Assembly (NCBI GenBank): GCA_026985555.1
Contig: JALSQF010000010.1
Span: 26,112-90,111 of the forward strand
Origin: Candidatus Moraniibacteriota bacterium
GTDB lineage: Bacteria; Patescibacteriota; Minisyncoccia; Moranbacterales; UBA9337
Direction: 5' to 3'
DNA length: 64,000 nt
The notes beneath the pieces are model-generated. The model worked only from the letters and a program-made list of their open reading frames with translations. It was not told where the DNA came from and did not search any database. Of the stretch, positions 1-10,395 are shown one piece after another (the stretch's first letter is position 1; each line of letters starts with the position of its first letter). Both the position numbers and the translations under genes were made by a program.

Positions 1-2
1 TA

Positions 3-125
3 AGTAATCTAACTGATTCATCTGCATTGGATAAAGCAATGGGATTAGGAATTACATACCACATGCTAAAAAGTAACCATGAACTTTCAGAAATTACAGA
101 TAAAATCAATTCAATTTTAAATTAA
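3..125 (+). CDS. 3' end of a CDS that begins upstream of the window (product unknown)
   Basis: Open frame from the window edge to TAA at 123-125 (translation ...SNLTDSSALDKAMGLGITYHMLKSNHELSEITDKINSILN). No recognisable motif. Confidence 0.3.
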   Translation, partial: SNLTDSSALDKAMGLGITYHMLKSNHELSEITDKINSILN

Positions 126-167
126 ATATTTTAAAATCCAACAAAAAACAAAAATAATTTAAATTTA

Positions 168-1949
168 ATGGTAATTAAAAATAAACAATTAAAGAATTTT
201 CTTGCAGATACAGGATTGGTAGATATTAAGAAGCTCAACGAAGCGTTAAAAGAAGCTGAAAAATCTAAACAACCATTGGGAGATATATTGTTAAAGCAAA
301 AACTTATTACTAATACAGAACTAAAAAAAGTAATGGCCTATATTTATGGCATTCCTTTTGTTGATTTAACTAAAGAAAAAATTCCTAAAGATATTCTTCA
401 AATAATTCCTCAGCCAGTGGCAAAAAAATATAATGTAGTAGCTTTTAAAAAAATAAAAGATGAATTAAGTGTGGCCATGTTAGATCCGGATGATTTACAA
501 ACAATAGACTTTATTAAGAAAAAAAGTGGTTTAAAAATAATTCCTTGTTTATCTACGGAAGAAAGTATCAATGCTGTTTTAAGACAATATGAAAAAAGTT
601 TGGAAGCTGAATTTGGTGATATGATTAGTAAAGAGGAAACAGAAGAATTAACTAAAGGTGTTAAAGAAGGAGAAAATGAAAAACAAAATGCTAGTAAAAA
701 AGACTTAGAAGAAATTGCTGAAGATGTTCCGGTAGTAAAAATAGTAGATACACTGCTAAAACATGCTATTTTGGAATCAGTAAGTGATATTCATATTGAA
801 CCAGGAGAAAAGGAAGTGATTGTAAGATTTCGTATAGATGGAATATTGCATGATGCTATGATTTTGCCTAAGAAATTAGCGGCTGGTATCGTAGCTCGTG
901 TTAAAGTTTTATCTAATTTAAAATTAGATGAACATCGTTTACCTCAAGATGGACGTTTTAAAATTCAAAAAGATGAATATAAAATTTCTTTCCGTGTCAG
1001 TATTTTACCTGTATTTGATGGGGAGAAAATAGTAATGCGTTTATTGGATGAATCTTCTAAAGGTTTAACTTTGGAACAAATGGGAATAGAAGGGAAAATG
1101 CTAGAATTAGTTCACAGAGAAATAAAACGTCCTAATGGAATTATATTGATTACTGGTCCAACTGGTTCAGGTAAAACGACTACTTTGTATACTATTTTAG
1201 ATATTTTAAATACTCCAGAAGTTAATATTAGTACAGTGGAGGACCCTGTTGAGTATAGGATGGCGAGAATTAATCAAACTCAAGTTAAAGCAAAAATAGG
1301 AATGACTTTTGCGGCTGCTTTGAGATCATTGCTACGTCAAGATCCAGACATCATAATGGTGGGGGAAATTAGAGATAAAGAAACCTTAGAAATTGCTTTA
1401 CATGCTGCTATGACAGGCCACATGGTGTTATCCACTTTACATACAAATAGCGCAGCTGCTTCTCTGCCTAGAATGTTAGATATGGGAGCAGAACCATTTT
1501 TGATTGCATCTTCAGTAAACTTAATTGTAGCGCAACGTTTAGTAAGGAGAATTTGTAATGATTGTAAAGAAAAATATAATTTATCAGAAAAAGAAGTAGA
1601 AAATCTAAATAAATCTTTTAAGTTAGATGAGATTTTTGATTTTTTAAAAAACAACAAAGAAACAAAAAAATATTTAAAAGGAAAAAAATCTTGGACAGAG
1701 GTTGATTTTTATAGACCTAAAAAAAATTGTCCTGATTGTAGCGGAGGATATAAGGGTAGAGTAGGTATCTATGAAATGTTAAAAGTAGATGATGACATTA
1801 AAAAATTGGTTCAAGAAAGCGCAAGTACAGAAGAAATAGAAGAAAAGGCCAAAGAGAACGGAATGATTACTTTAGCAGAAGATGGTTTTGTTAAAATAAT
1901 CAAAGGGATAACAACTATAGAAGAAGTATTAAGAGTTACAGCCGAATAA
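168..1949 (+). CDS. pilB: Type IV pilus / type II secretion assembly ATPase (PilB/GspE family)
   Basis: N-terminal GspE_N-like region, Walker A GPTGSGKTTT, a C-terminal tetracysteine CxxC...CxxC, and an ORF length of 593 aa. Confidence 0.85.
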   Translation: MVIKNKQLKNFLADTGLVDIKKLNEALKEAEKSKQPLGDILLKQKLITNTELKKVMAYIYGIPFVDLTKEKIPKDILQIIPQPVAKKYNVVAFKKIKDELSVAMLDPDDLQTIDFIKKKSGLKIIPCLSTEESINAVLRQYEKSLEAEFGDMISKEETEELTKGVKEGENEKQNASKKDLEEIAEDVPVVKIVDTLLKHAILESVSDIHIEPGEKEVIVRFRIDGILHDAMILPKKLAAGIVARVKVLSNLKLDEHRLPQDGRFKIQKDEYKISFRVSILPVFDGEKIVMRLLDESSKGLTLEQMGIEGKMLELVHREIKRPNGIILITGPTGSGKTTTLYTILDILNTPEVNISTVEDPVEYRMARINQTQVKAKIGMTFAAALRSLLRQDPDIIMVGEIRDKETLEIALHAAMTGHMVLSTLHTNSAAASLPRMLDMGAEPFLIASSVNLIVAQRLVRRICNDCKEKYNLSEKEVENLNKSFKLDEIFDFLKNNKETKKYLKGKKSWTEVDFYRPKKNCPDCSGGYKGRVGIYEMLKVDDDIKKLVQESASTEEIEEKAKENGMITLAEDGFVKIIKGITTIEEVLRVTAE

Positions 1950-1961
1950 ATTTTGATTGTT

Positions 1962-2822
1962 TCATTTTTTTAAATGACTTCTCATTTTTTTAAGTAGCTC
2001 TATATCTTGTTTAATTTTATCGTACCTAGTTTCTAGAATCATATTAATCTTTTGTTTGTGGGCAAATCTAACAATATTTTGAAAAGCTTTTTTTCCTATT
2101 TTTCCTTCTCCTATATGAGCATGACGATCTATATGACTACCACAATCTGACAAGCTATCATTAGCGTGGATTACTTTTATTTTATTTAATTCTACTTCCT
2201 GTTTAATTTTAGAGAGTGTTTTTTTCCAATCTTTCCAATTGTATCCTGAAGCAAATGAATGTTGAGTATCTAAACAGATGCCACCTAAAGCTGAGTGATT
2301 AACTTTTTCTAAAATATAGTTAAGCTCTGAAAATCTATCTCCTATGATAGAACCTGATCCAGCAGTATTTTCTAAAAGCAGTTGTGCTTTTCCCTTATAA
2401 TTTTTTAATGTTTTTTGAAGCATTTCAATTGTTTTTTTTATACCCTTTTTTTCTCCTAAATCTTTAGTAGAACCTAAGTGAGTAATGACATATTTTATTT
2501 TTAATGAATTAGCTATAGCTAATTCTTCTTGAATAGTTTTTAATGATCCATAACGAATGCGATTATTACTAGAAGCAAAATTTATATAATAAGGGGAATG
2601 AATGTAAGTATCTCTTATATTATATTTAATAACGTTTCTTTTAAATTTATTAGCGATTTCAGAATTTATTTCTCTTTTTTTTCCTCCCTGAGGAGAACGA
2701 GAAAAAATTTGCATTATTTCAGCACCTATTTCAGCTGCACGTTGAGGAGCTTTTTCTATGCCACCAGCAATAGAAATATGGCAACCAATATATGGATAAA
2801 AAGAGTTAGATTTCTTTTTCAT
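1962..2822 (-). CDS. nfo: Endonuclease IV (AP endonuclease, TIM barrel)
   Basis: The N-terminus GCHISIAGG and the overall Nfo-like metal-binding His/Asp/Glu pattern; 286 aa. Confidence 0.75.
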   Translation of the reverse strand: MKKKSNSFYPYIGCHISIAGGIEKAPQRAAEIGAEIMQIFSRSPQGGKKREINSEIANKFKRNVIKYNIRDTYIHSPYYINFASSNNRIRYGSLKTIQEELAIANSLKIKYVITHLGSTKDLGEKKGIKKTIEMLQKTLKNYKGKAQLLLENTAGSGSIIGDRFSELNYILEKVNHSALGGICLDTQHSFASGYNWKDWKKTLSKIKQEVELNKIKVIHANDSLSDCGSHIDRHAHIGEGKIGKKAFQNIVRFAHKQKINMILETRYDKIKQDIELLKKMRSHLKK

Positions 2823-2843
2823 ATTTATTGTTGTTAATTCTAT

Positions 2844-3803
2844 TTAAATAATTTTCCACTGATTATTTTTTTCTAAAATTCTTCCTTTAATAGTAAAGCC
2901 ACTAGCTAATTTATGACCTCCTCCTCCTAGTTTATGAGCAATAGCAGAAACATCTATGCCTTTATATTCTTCACTGCGTAAACTTCCTTTTATAGTGAAA
3001 TCGTCTTTTTGAGTTAATACTAAGGAAAAACGAGTTCCAGGTATAGTGTTTAAAATAGAAGCTATTTCTCCAATATCTTCTGCCTTAGCTTTACATTCTT
3101 TTAAATCAGCTTGAGTAATAACGGTTGTAATCATTTTATTTTTAGGATTAATTTGAGCTTTATCAAAAGCGCGTCCCCAGAGTTTTAAAGTAGAAATCTT
3201 TTTGTTAGCAAAAGTTGAATTAATAATTTTAGGCAAAGACGCCCCTCTCCTAATCAATTCTGCTACTGCAGACATAACTTTTGCGGTGGTATTGGTATGT
3301 TGTAGATTTCCCGTATCACCTAAAATTCCTGTTAAAATTAAAGAAGCTATTTGCGGTGTTATGGGGGCATGTACAAAGGTTAGAAAATCAAAAACTATTT
3401 CACAAGCAGAGGAATAGGAAGCATCAACTATATTAATATCTTCCTGAATAGAAATGTCAGGATGATGATCAATAATAACAGTAACTGTATTTTGAGGCAG
3501 TTTGTTTTTAATTCTATTAAATCCACGTTCAACACTATCGCAAGCAATAACTGCCTCGTATTGATTAAAATCTATTTTATCAGCTGGTAATAATTCTTTT
3601 GGTTTAATTGTTTTTTGCAGATAATTAGGCAAGGGAGTAAAACAAGCTACATCAGCTTTTTTATTTAATCCTTCTAGGTAATATTTTAAAGCAAAATTAC
3701 TTCCTATAGCATCACCATCTGGATCATCATGAGCGAAAAGAAGAATATGAGAAGCTTTTTTGATTACATATTGAAGCGTTTTGAATTCTGATTGAAATTT
3801 CAT
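2844..3803 (-). CDS. nrnA: DHH-family phosphoesterase (NrnA-like oligoribonuclease/pAp phosphatase)
   Basis: DHH motif (IIDHH) and a C-terminal DHHA1-type GGGH motif; 319 aa. Confidence 0.65.
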   Translation of the reverse strand: MKFQSEFKTLQYVIKKASHILLFAHDDPDGDAIGSNFALKYYLEGLNKKADVACFTPLPNYLQKTIKPKELLPADKIDFNQYEAVIACDSVERGFNRIKNKLPQNTVTVIIDHHPDISIQEDINIVDASYSSACEIVFDFLTFVHAPITPQIASLILTGILGDTGNLQHTNTTAKVMSAVAELIRRGASLPKIINSTFANKKISTLKLWGRAFDKAQINPKNKMITTVITQADLKECKAKAEDIGEIASILNTIPGTRFSLVLTQKDDFTIKGSLRSEEYKGIDVSAIAHKLGGGGHKLASGFTIKGRILEKNNQWKII

Positions 3804-3908
3804 AAAACATTTAACATTTTATTTTATAGCAGTGCTAGTTTAGTTTAAATTAGTTAAACGAAAAGTTGTTTAATTTTTTTAGTTTTTATTTTATAAAATA
3901 AAAATAAT

Positions 3909-4247
3909 TTATAAATTTATTTTTTTGAGAATTTTTTCTATCTTATCTGCATTTTTTTCTGTGGTATCTAAATAAAAACGAATACGAGGAAATTTTTTAA
4001 TTACCAACGTTTGATTTAGTTTTTTCTGAATATTGTAGATTTCATTATCAAGTGTTTTTAATAAATAATTTGTCCTTTCTTCTGGAAAAACACTAACGAA
4101 TACATCAGCATAGCTTAAATCTTTGCTGGTGTCAACTTTAGTGATAGTTATGATAAGATTGTTTTTTAAATTTAATTCTTCTGAAATAATATGGGCTATT
4201 TGTTGTTTGATTAAACTATTTAATTTAGAAATACGATGAGATGACAT
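3909..4247 (-). CDS. rbfA: Ribosome-binding factor A
   Basis: Size of 112 aa, RbfA-like sequence, and the conserved position directly downstream of infB. Confidence 0.75.
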   Translation of the reverse strand: MSSHRISKLNSLIKQQIAHIISEELNLKNNLIITITKVDTSKDLSYADVFVSVFPEERTNYLLKTLDNEIYNIQKKLNQTLVIKKFPRIRFYLDTTEKNADKIEKILKKINL

Positions 4248-4270
4248 AGAATAAATAGTATTTTTATTTT

Positions 4271-6064
4271 TTAAATCTTTCTTCTTTTTTCTTCTTCTTG
4301 ATAAAAAACTAAAATATCTCCAATCTCTATTTTTGTTTTGGTTTCAATAGTTAAACCACACTCATTTCCTTGTTTAACTAATGTAACATTGTTTTTATTA
4401 TGTTGAAGGTTAGTTAGTGTTCCTTGTCCTATATTTTCTTTTTCTCTTACAATATCAACCAGACAATTTTTTTCTATTTTTCCTTGCGTAACTAAACCAC
4501 CTACTATCATATCCTTTTTTCCTCTTTTGAATATTGCTAAGACCTTAAGTTTTCCTAGATCTGTGCGGATAATTTCTGGAGGCAATAGTCCTGATAGCTT
4601 ATTTTTGATAGCATCTATTAGTTCGTAAATTATAGTGTATGTTTCTATATTTATATTACTATTTTCTGCCATTCTTTTTGCTACGGTAGTGGTATGAACA
4701 TTAAATCCTATAATTTCTGCTTGAGAACTTTCTGCAATTTTAACGTCCGATTCAGTAATGTTTCCTATTCCCTCAAAAATATATTCAATAGCAACCTCCT
4801 TAGATTTAATTGTGTCTAAAATTTGATGAATGGCCTCTAAGGATCCTTGAACATCTGTTTTAATAATTAAATTTAGTTTTTTTAGTTTGTTTTCATCTAT
4901 TTTTTGATAAATTTTTTCTTTATTGAGAATTTTTTTATCAAAGCCCAGTCTGTTTTTTAAAAGATTATTTTTTTTGTGTGATAAGGTTTGAGTATCAGTT
5001 ACATATAAAACATCATTAACTTGTGGAACTTTATTTAATCCCATTAAAGTAACCGGGGAAGAAGGTAGGGCCTTGTTTATTTTTTTTCCTGTAAAGTCTT
5101 CTAATCTTTTAATTCTTCCAAAAGCATTTCCTGCTATAATATCTTGGCCTGTCTGCAGAAAACCAGTTTTAACTAAAACAGTAGCAATAGGTCCTTTATG
5201 TTTATCTAAATGTGATTCTAAAACCACAGCTAATCCTGGTCTTTGAAAATCGGCTTTTAATTCTAATATTTCAGTAACTAAAAGAATGCTTTCCAATAAT
5301 TTATCAATTCCCAAATTATTTTTAGCGCTAATTTCATTGGCAATTATATCTCCTCCCCATTCTTCTATTACTATTTCATTTTCAGCTAATTCTTGTTTTA
5401 CTTTAGTAGGATTGGCTTCAGGTTTGTCAATTTTATTAATAGCAACAATAGTAGGTATTTTTTTCTCTTTAAGATACTCAATTACTTCTTTTGTTTGAGG
5501 TCTTACTCCATCATCAGCAGCTACTACTAGTATAGCAATATCAGCTAAGCTGACGCCCCGTTCGCGCATAGCAGAAAAAGCTTCATGACCAGGCGTATCA
5601 ATAAAAGTGATTAATTGCCCCTTTTTTTTAACTTGATAAGCGCTAATATGTTGAGTAATTCCGCCAGCTTCCTTATTGGTTATGTGCGATTTGCGAATAG
5701 TATCCAGTAGAGTAGTTTTTCCATGATCAACATGACCTAAAATAGTAACCACAGGAGGACGTGTCTGAAGATTTTTCTTGCTTTCCTTTTCTTTTTGGCA
5801 AATGTCTAATAATTTTTCTAGAGTAATATTTTCATCCGCTTGAATAGATAAATCTCTTTCTGTTTTAAAACCCAAATCCTCGGCTATAATACTAGCTGTT
5901 TCAAAATCTATTTCCTCATTAATAGTGGCAATAATTCCATTTTTAATTAGTTCTGTTATAACTTGTGAAGCGGGTAAATTTAAAAGTTCACTAAGGTGCT
6001 TAACGGTTAGTGTTTCTGGGATAGAAATTACTTTATTCTGTTTTAACTCTTTGATATCATTCAT
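4271..6064 (-). CDS. infB: Translation initiation factor IF-2
   Basis: GTPase motifs [12 protein letters not shown] and DTPGH; typical length and the infB-rbfA gene order. Confidence 0.92.
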   Translation of the reverse strand: MNDIKELKQNKVISIPETLTVKHLSELLNLPASQVITELIKNGIIATINEEIDFETASIIAEDLGFKTERDLSIQADENITLEKLLDICQKEKESKKNLQTRPPVVTILGHVDHGKTTLLDTIRKSHITNKEAGGITQHISAYQVKKKGQLITFIDTPGHEAFSAMRERGVSLADIAILVVAADDGVRPQTKEVIEYLKEKKIPTIVAINKIDKPEANPTKVKQELAENEIVIEEWGGDIIANEISAKNNLGIDKLLESILLVTEILELKADFQRPGLAVVLESHLDKHKGPIATVLVKTGFLQTGQDIIAGNAFGRIKRLEDFTGKKINKALPSSPVTLMGLNKVPQVNDVLYVTDTQTLSHKKNNLLKNRLGFDKKILNKEKIYQKIDENKLKKLNLIIKTDVQGSLEAIHQILDTIKSKEVAIEYIFEGIGNITESDVKIAESSQAEIIGFNVHTTTVAKRMAENSNINIETYTIIYELIDAIKNKLSGLLPPEIIRTDLGKLKVLAIFKRGKKDMIVGGLVTQGKIEKNCLVDIVREKENIGQGTLTNLQHNKNNVTLVKQGNECGLTIETKTKIEIGDILVFYQEEEKRRKI

Positions 6065-6091
6065 CTTGTTTTAAGGTGGTTTTATTAAAAA

Positions 6092-6673
6092 TTAATTTAA
6101 AGCCTTAGTAATGGCTTTTTTCTCTTCTTCGGTAAGAGGGTGTTTAGGAGAAACTCCTTTAATAATTGATTTAGTATATATACGTGTTCCTTCACGCGTA
6201 TATAGAGAGGAAATAACTAAACCATTATTTTTTCCATCTAAAAGAGCAATTGCAAAACTTTGATCTCCTCCCACATCTTTAAAAGGATTAAAACGGATTA
6301 CTCCTATTTTATGAATTCCTTTATGAGCTAATTTATAAATTTTTTCTGATCCTTTGTAAATCTTTTCAATATCTTTGTCCAATTTTTCAATTTCTTTTTG
6401 TTGATTGAGAATAATTTCTTCTAAGTTAGTTCCCTTTTTGCCACTAAAAAATAATTCACTTTTTTTATTTAGTTGTCTTATTTTTAAAAAGGACCAAAAA
6501 TTAGCAACTATTAAAATTATTCCTAAAATAGAAAATAATATCCAACCTAATAATATGTTTTGTGAATCCAATCCTTGCATAAGAAAATAAAATCGTTTAA
6601 GTTTTGTTATCTTAACATTAAAATTAGTGAATGTAAATAGTTTTAAAGTATCTATCAATAAAATTTTATTCAA
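6092..6673 (-). CDS. Hypothetical membrane-anchored protein (DUF4446-like)
   Basis: One TM helix followed by a coiled-coil segment and a conserved C-terminal block (GVIRFNPFKDVGGDQSFAIALLD). The true start may be the internal Met (MQGLDSQ). Confidence 0.45.
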   Translation of the reverse strand: MNKILLIDTLKLFTFTNFNVKITKLKRFYFLMQGLDSQNILLGWILFSILGIILIVANFWSFLKIRQLNKKSELFFSGKKGTNLEEIILNQQKEIEKLDKDIEKIYKGSEKIYKLAHKGIHKIGVIRFNPFKDVGGDQSFAIALLDGKNNGLVISSLYTREGTRIYTKSIIKGVSPKHPLTEEEKKAITKALN

Positions 6674-6722
6674 AATTAAAAGCCTCTAATAAAAAATACT
6701 TTATTAGAGGCCTATTTTTTTT

Positions 6723-7025
6723 TTATTCTAAAAGACTGAAGAAAAAATTAATAAATTTTAAAATAAATTTTCTGGTTATAAATAAAAATATCTCAAAAAC
6801 CAGAAAAATCAAAAAAGAATTTATACAAGAAGTTTTTCCCATAACAAGAAAAATGATTGTTAGCGGGAAACTAGTTGTAATTGCAACTAGTACAGCATAA
6901 GGAAGATAAAGAATAAATCCTATAACGCCGTCCCTTATGCTTACATTCATTTCTATTTTGTTCGCTATAAACAGAAACATAGGTAGCCATGCTATGATGG
7001 CTAAAAAAATTTGACAATCAGTCAT
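6723..7025 (-). CDS. Small integral membrane protein, hypothetical
   Basis: 100 aa with three hydrophobic segments; no identifiable domain. Confidence 0.35.
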   Translation of the reverse strand: MTDCQIFLAIIAWLPMFLFIANKIEMNVSIRDGVIGFILYLPYAVLVAITTSFPLTIIFLVMGKTSCINSFLIFLVFEIFLFITRKFILKFINFFFSLLE

Positions 7026-7323
7026 TTTTATTTTCCTCCTTATTATTTCTATTTTTTTATTAAATAACTAAATATTCAAACGATTTTATAATATTTTTCT
7101 TTTTTTGTCAATCTTTCTATAGTAGCATTTTGAACAAGAGAAAAAGAATTATTTAGGTATCGTTGTTAAATGATTTGATATAGTTTTGCCTTATTTATTT
7201 TTCAATATTACTTATTGAAATATTAAGACTAGAGAGTGTAAAAAAAATAATTTTTTGTAAGATATTTATTTGATTTGATAAAAAAAATATGTAACAATTA
7301 GTACATTAAAATAAAAAAACATT

Positions 7324-7998
7324 ATGCTAAATTTTTATATCATTACTATTTTTCCAGATATGTTTCAGAGCTATTTTAATTATTCCATTATAAAAAGAGC
7401 TCAAGAAGAGAATAAAATTAAAATTCACATAATCAATTTACGTGATTATGCAGCCGATAAACGTGGAACCATAGATGATACTCCTTATGGAGGTGGTGCG
7501 GGAATGGTAATGAAAGTGGAGCCAATATTTAAAGCGGTTAGAGAGATTAAAAAACAAATAAAAGATCAAAAAAAAATAAAGACCATTCTTTTTTCAGCTA
7601 AAGGAAAAACGTATGTTCAGCAAAAAGCAGTTCAATTAACTCAATATAAACATATTATTTTAATTTGTGGACGTTATGAAGGAGTAGATGAAAGAGTAGC
7701 TCATTATATTGCTGATGAAGAAATTTCTTTAGGAGATTATGTTTTAACGGGAGGAGAAATTCCAGCTATGGCTTTGGTGGATTCAACTACACGTCTTTTA
7801 GCGGGCGTGCTTGGCAATAGTGATTCTCTCAAAGAAGAAAGCTTTAGTTCTTCAGTGGGAAAAAAGAAGTATTTAGAATATCCTCAATATACTAAGCCCA
7901 ATAATTTTAAGGGATGGAAAGTGCCAGAAGTTTTATTAAGTGGTGACCATAAAGCTATTTTAAGTTGGAGACAAAAAAATAAAAAAATAAAAAAGTGA
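7324..7998 (+). CDS. trmD: tRNA (guanine37-N1)-methyltransferase
   Basis: The N-terminus IITIFPDMF..., a SPOUT/TrmD signature (YGGGAGMVM, GRYEGVDERV) and 224 aa. Confidence 0.9.
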   Translation: MLNFYIITIFPDMFQSYFNYSIIKRAQEENKIKIHIINLRDYAADKRGTIDDTPYGGGAGMVMKVEPIFKAVREIKKQIKDQKKIKTILFSAKGKTYVQQKAVQLTQYKHIILICGRYEGVDERVAHYIADEEISLGDYVLTGGEIPAMALVDSTTRLLAGVLGNSDSLKEESFSSSVGKKKYLEYPQYTKPNNFKGWKVPEVLLSGDHKAILSWRQKNKKIKK

Positions 7999-8108
7999 TA
8001 TATTATTGACAGTTATTTAAATAAAGATATATTTATAAAGAGCTTTGTTGGTTTAAGTAAATAGCATCAACTGAAGTTTTGTTTAATTTTAAGTTTATTT
8101 AATGAATA

Positions 8109-9173
8109 ATGAATTTTTTAAATAATTTAATTAATCATATTCAGAAAAATCTTTTTCAGTGGATAGTGGCTGTAATTATTTTGGGATTATTTCAGGTAAG
8201 TATAAATAAAGGAATAGAATTTACACCCCTAATTTGTTTACTGGCTGCTTTTATTATGATTTATCCTTCTTTAGTTCCGCTTTCCTTTGGAAAGCTGAAA
8301 AAAATTACAGAAAATTATCAATTGATTTTTATTTCTATTTTATTAAATTTTATTTTAGCTCCTTTTTTTGCTTGGTTGCTAGGATATTTTTTTCTTAAAG
8401 AATATCCTGTTTTGTGGTTAGGATTATTTTTAATTTCCATTTTACCGGGAGGCGGGATGGTAACTACTTGGGCATTGAGATCTAAATCTGATATGCCAGC
8501 TACAGTGAGTATTATTATTTTTAATCTGTTGCTGGCTATTTTAATAGTTCCTTGGGGACTAACTAAGGTGATAGATTATTTAAATTTAGAAACGGTTAAC
8601 GCTAGCAAGCAGTGTTCAATAGAGACAATTAGTTTAGGCGTGCTATCTTGTGGAGGAGGAGAAATAAATTATCAAACGGTAGCAATATCTATGCTTTTTA
8701 TTATAGTAATTCCTTTGATATTAGCTTATTTTACTCAATTTTTTTTGAAAAAAAATTCTCAGTATTCAAAAATACAAAATTTTTTTGGAAAGATTAGCAA
8801 TCTTGGATTATTGATCGTTCTTTATTTTTTAATGAGTTTAAAAAATAATGCTATAATTTTTGATTCTCCTTTTTTAATTACAAAAATATTGTTTCCCTTA
8901 ATTTTATTTTATTTATTGAATTGGATAGCAATATGGATAATTCATAAAAGATATTTTTTTAATTCTAAAGGGCGGGCTTTAGTTTGGGGAAGTTATCTTA
9001 AATATATTACCTTAGCTTTAGGATTAGCTATTTCTTTAATATATCAAAATGAAAGTTTATCTTTAATTGTAATTGTGATTGTTTTATCTTATTTCATACA
9101 AATTCCTACTGCTTTTTGGTTGGCAGATTATTGGAGGCAGAGTAATAAGGAAAAACATAATTTTAATTTATAG
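8109..9173 (+). CDS. Polytopic membrane transporter (bile acid:Na+ symporter / ACR3-like superfamily, putative)
   Basis: About 10 predicted TM segments and a PGGG motif reminiscent of BASS/ACR3 carriers. Weak, by-eye similarity only. Confidence 0.4.
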   Translation: MNFLNNLINHIQKNLFQWIVAVIILGLFQVSINKGIEFTPLICLLAAFIMIYPSLVPLSFGKLKKITENYQLIFISILLNFILAPFFAWLLGYFFLKEYPVLWLGLFLISILPGGGMVTTWALRSKSDMPATVSIIIFNLLLAILIVPWGLTKVIDYLNLETVNASKQCSIETISLGVLSCGGGEINYQTVAISMLFIIVIPLILAYFTQFFLKKNSQYSKIQNFFGKISNLGLLIVLYFLMSLKNNAIIFDSPFLITKILFPLILFYLLNWIAIWIIHKRYFFNSKGRALVWGSYLKYITLALGLAISLIYQNESLSLIVIVIVLSYFIQIPTAFWLADYWRQSNKEKHNFNL

Positions 9174-9181
9174 TAAACAAT

Positions 9182-10357
9182 ATGTTGAAAAAAATTTTAA
9201 AAAAATTATTTAATCTTTTTTTGATCATAGCTTTAATAATAGTAGTAAATATTATATTAGAAAATTATATATTGTCTAGGTTAGCACAAAATCATTATTG
9301 GTCTCAATTCAGTTTTGTTCAAAAAGTAAATAAACCAGTAAAGATTATCAATAAAATAGAAAAAGTAACTCTTCCTCAAGATAAATCCATTAAAGAAATT
9401 GTTTCTCAAACCAATACTGCTATGGTAAATATTCTTTCTTTAAAAACAACTACTAACAGTATTAAAACAAAAACAAAAGAAACAAAATTTAAATTATTGC
9501 AAAATGGAACTGGTGTTATATTAACTAGCGATGGATTAATAATAGCAAATAAAAATTCTTTAGTTTTGGGAGAAGATGTTAATTATAAGGTTTTAGTTTT
9601 CAATGGAAAAAGTTATACTGCTAAAATTACTTGGTTAGATAATTTTTCCAATTTAGTTTTTTTAAAACTTGATAATGTTAACAATTTACCTGTTATAGCT
9701 TTAGCCAATTCTGATGATTTTATGTCTGGTCAAAAAATAATTGCTATTAGCAACAAAGGAAAAGAATATAATAATTTTTTAGCGGAGGGAAATCTTGAAA
9801 CTAAAGATAGAACATTTAATTTATCTACAAGTGTTGTTAATTCATCAGAAAAATTAGAGGGTGTTTTTCGTTTAAATTTAGCTAATACTGATGATTTTGA
9901 TGGAGGAATAGTAACTAATTATAAAGGGGAAGTAGCGGGATTAATTAGCTCTCTTAAAAAAAATAATCAAACAGAGTATTTAGTTATACCAAGTAATAAA
10001 TTAAAAAATATATTTGAATTTTATCTTAATTATCAGGAAGACAAAAAGGAAAGAGCGCGTTTAGGTGTGTCTTATTTATCAATTAATCCTTCATTAGTAT
10101 TAAGCAAACAACTTCCTGTTAACGAAGGGGCTTTAATTTATTCTCCTTCAGGTAGACAAGGGCTGGCTATATTAAAAAGTTCTTCTGCGGATAAAGCAGG
10201 CATTGAAGTAGGGGATATAATTATATCTGTTGATAATCATTTAGTAAATCTAGATAATCCTCTTTCTAATATAATTGCTCAATATCATCAAGGAGAAAGA
10301 GCGAAAATAATTATTCTAAGAAAAAAAGAAAAAAAAGAACTGATAGTAAATTTTTAA
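9182..10357 (+). CDS. HtrA/DegP-like trypsin-fold protein with a C-terminal PDZ domain; catalytic motifs look degenerate
   Basis: N-terminal TM anchor, a trypsin-like core (GTGVILTSDGLIIAN...) and a C-terminal PDZ (GDIIISVDNHLV). The canonical TNNHV and GNSGGPL motifs are replaced (ANKNS and DDFDGG). Confidence 0.6.
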   Translation: MLKKILKKLFNLFLIIALIIVVNIILENYILSRLAQNHYWSQFSFVQKVNKPVKIINKIEKVTLPQDKSIKEIVSQTNTAMVNILSLKTTTNSIKTKTKETKFKLLQNGTGVILTSDGLIIANKNSLVLGEDVNYKVLVFNGKSYTAKITWLDNFSNLVFLKLDNVNNLPVIALANSDDFMSGQKIIAISNKGKEYNNFLAEGNLETKDRTFNLSTSVVNSSEKLEGVFRLNLANTDDFDGGIVTNYKGEVAGLISSLKKNNQTEYLVIPSNKLKNIFEFYLNYQEDKKERARLGVSYLSINPSLVLSKQLPVNEGALIYSPSGRQGLAILKSSSADKAGIEVGDIIISVDNHLVNLDNPLSNIIAQYHQGERAKIIILRKKEKKELIVNF

Positions 10358-10395
10358 TTAAATAATTTGAAATAATAAATAAAAGATAATTCTAA

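Noticed and set aside
1337-1657. Antisense ORF inside pilB (106 aa). Similar antisense or overlapping ORFs: 2598-2837, 3202-3417, 5286-5498, 6405-6590, 11370-11567, 12872-13078, 13692-13913, 16286-16513, 20159-20437, 21512-21940, 21528-21818, 24164-24367, 29997-30311, 31126-31362, 31897-32091, 34777-34998, 37953-38276, 38583-38912, 39743-39964, 40045-40272, 40617-40814, 41828-42148, 42488-42703, 43185-43412, 51194-51418, 54702-54923, 55182-55400.
   Set aside because: Each lies inside or opposite a well-supported conserved gene, has low-complexity F/L/S-rich composition typical of antisense AT-rich sequence, and has no RBS.
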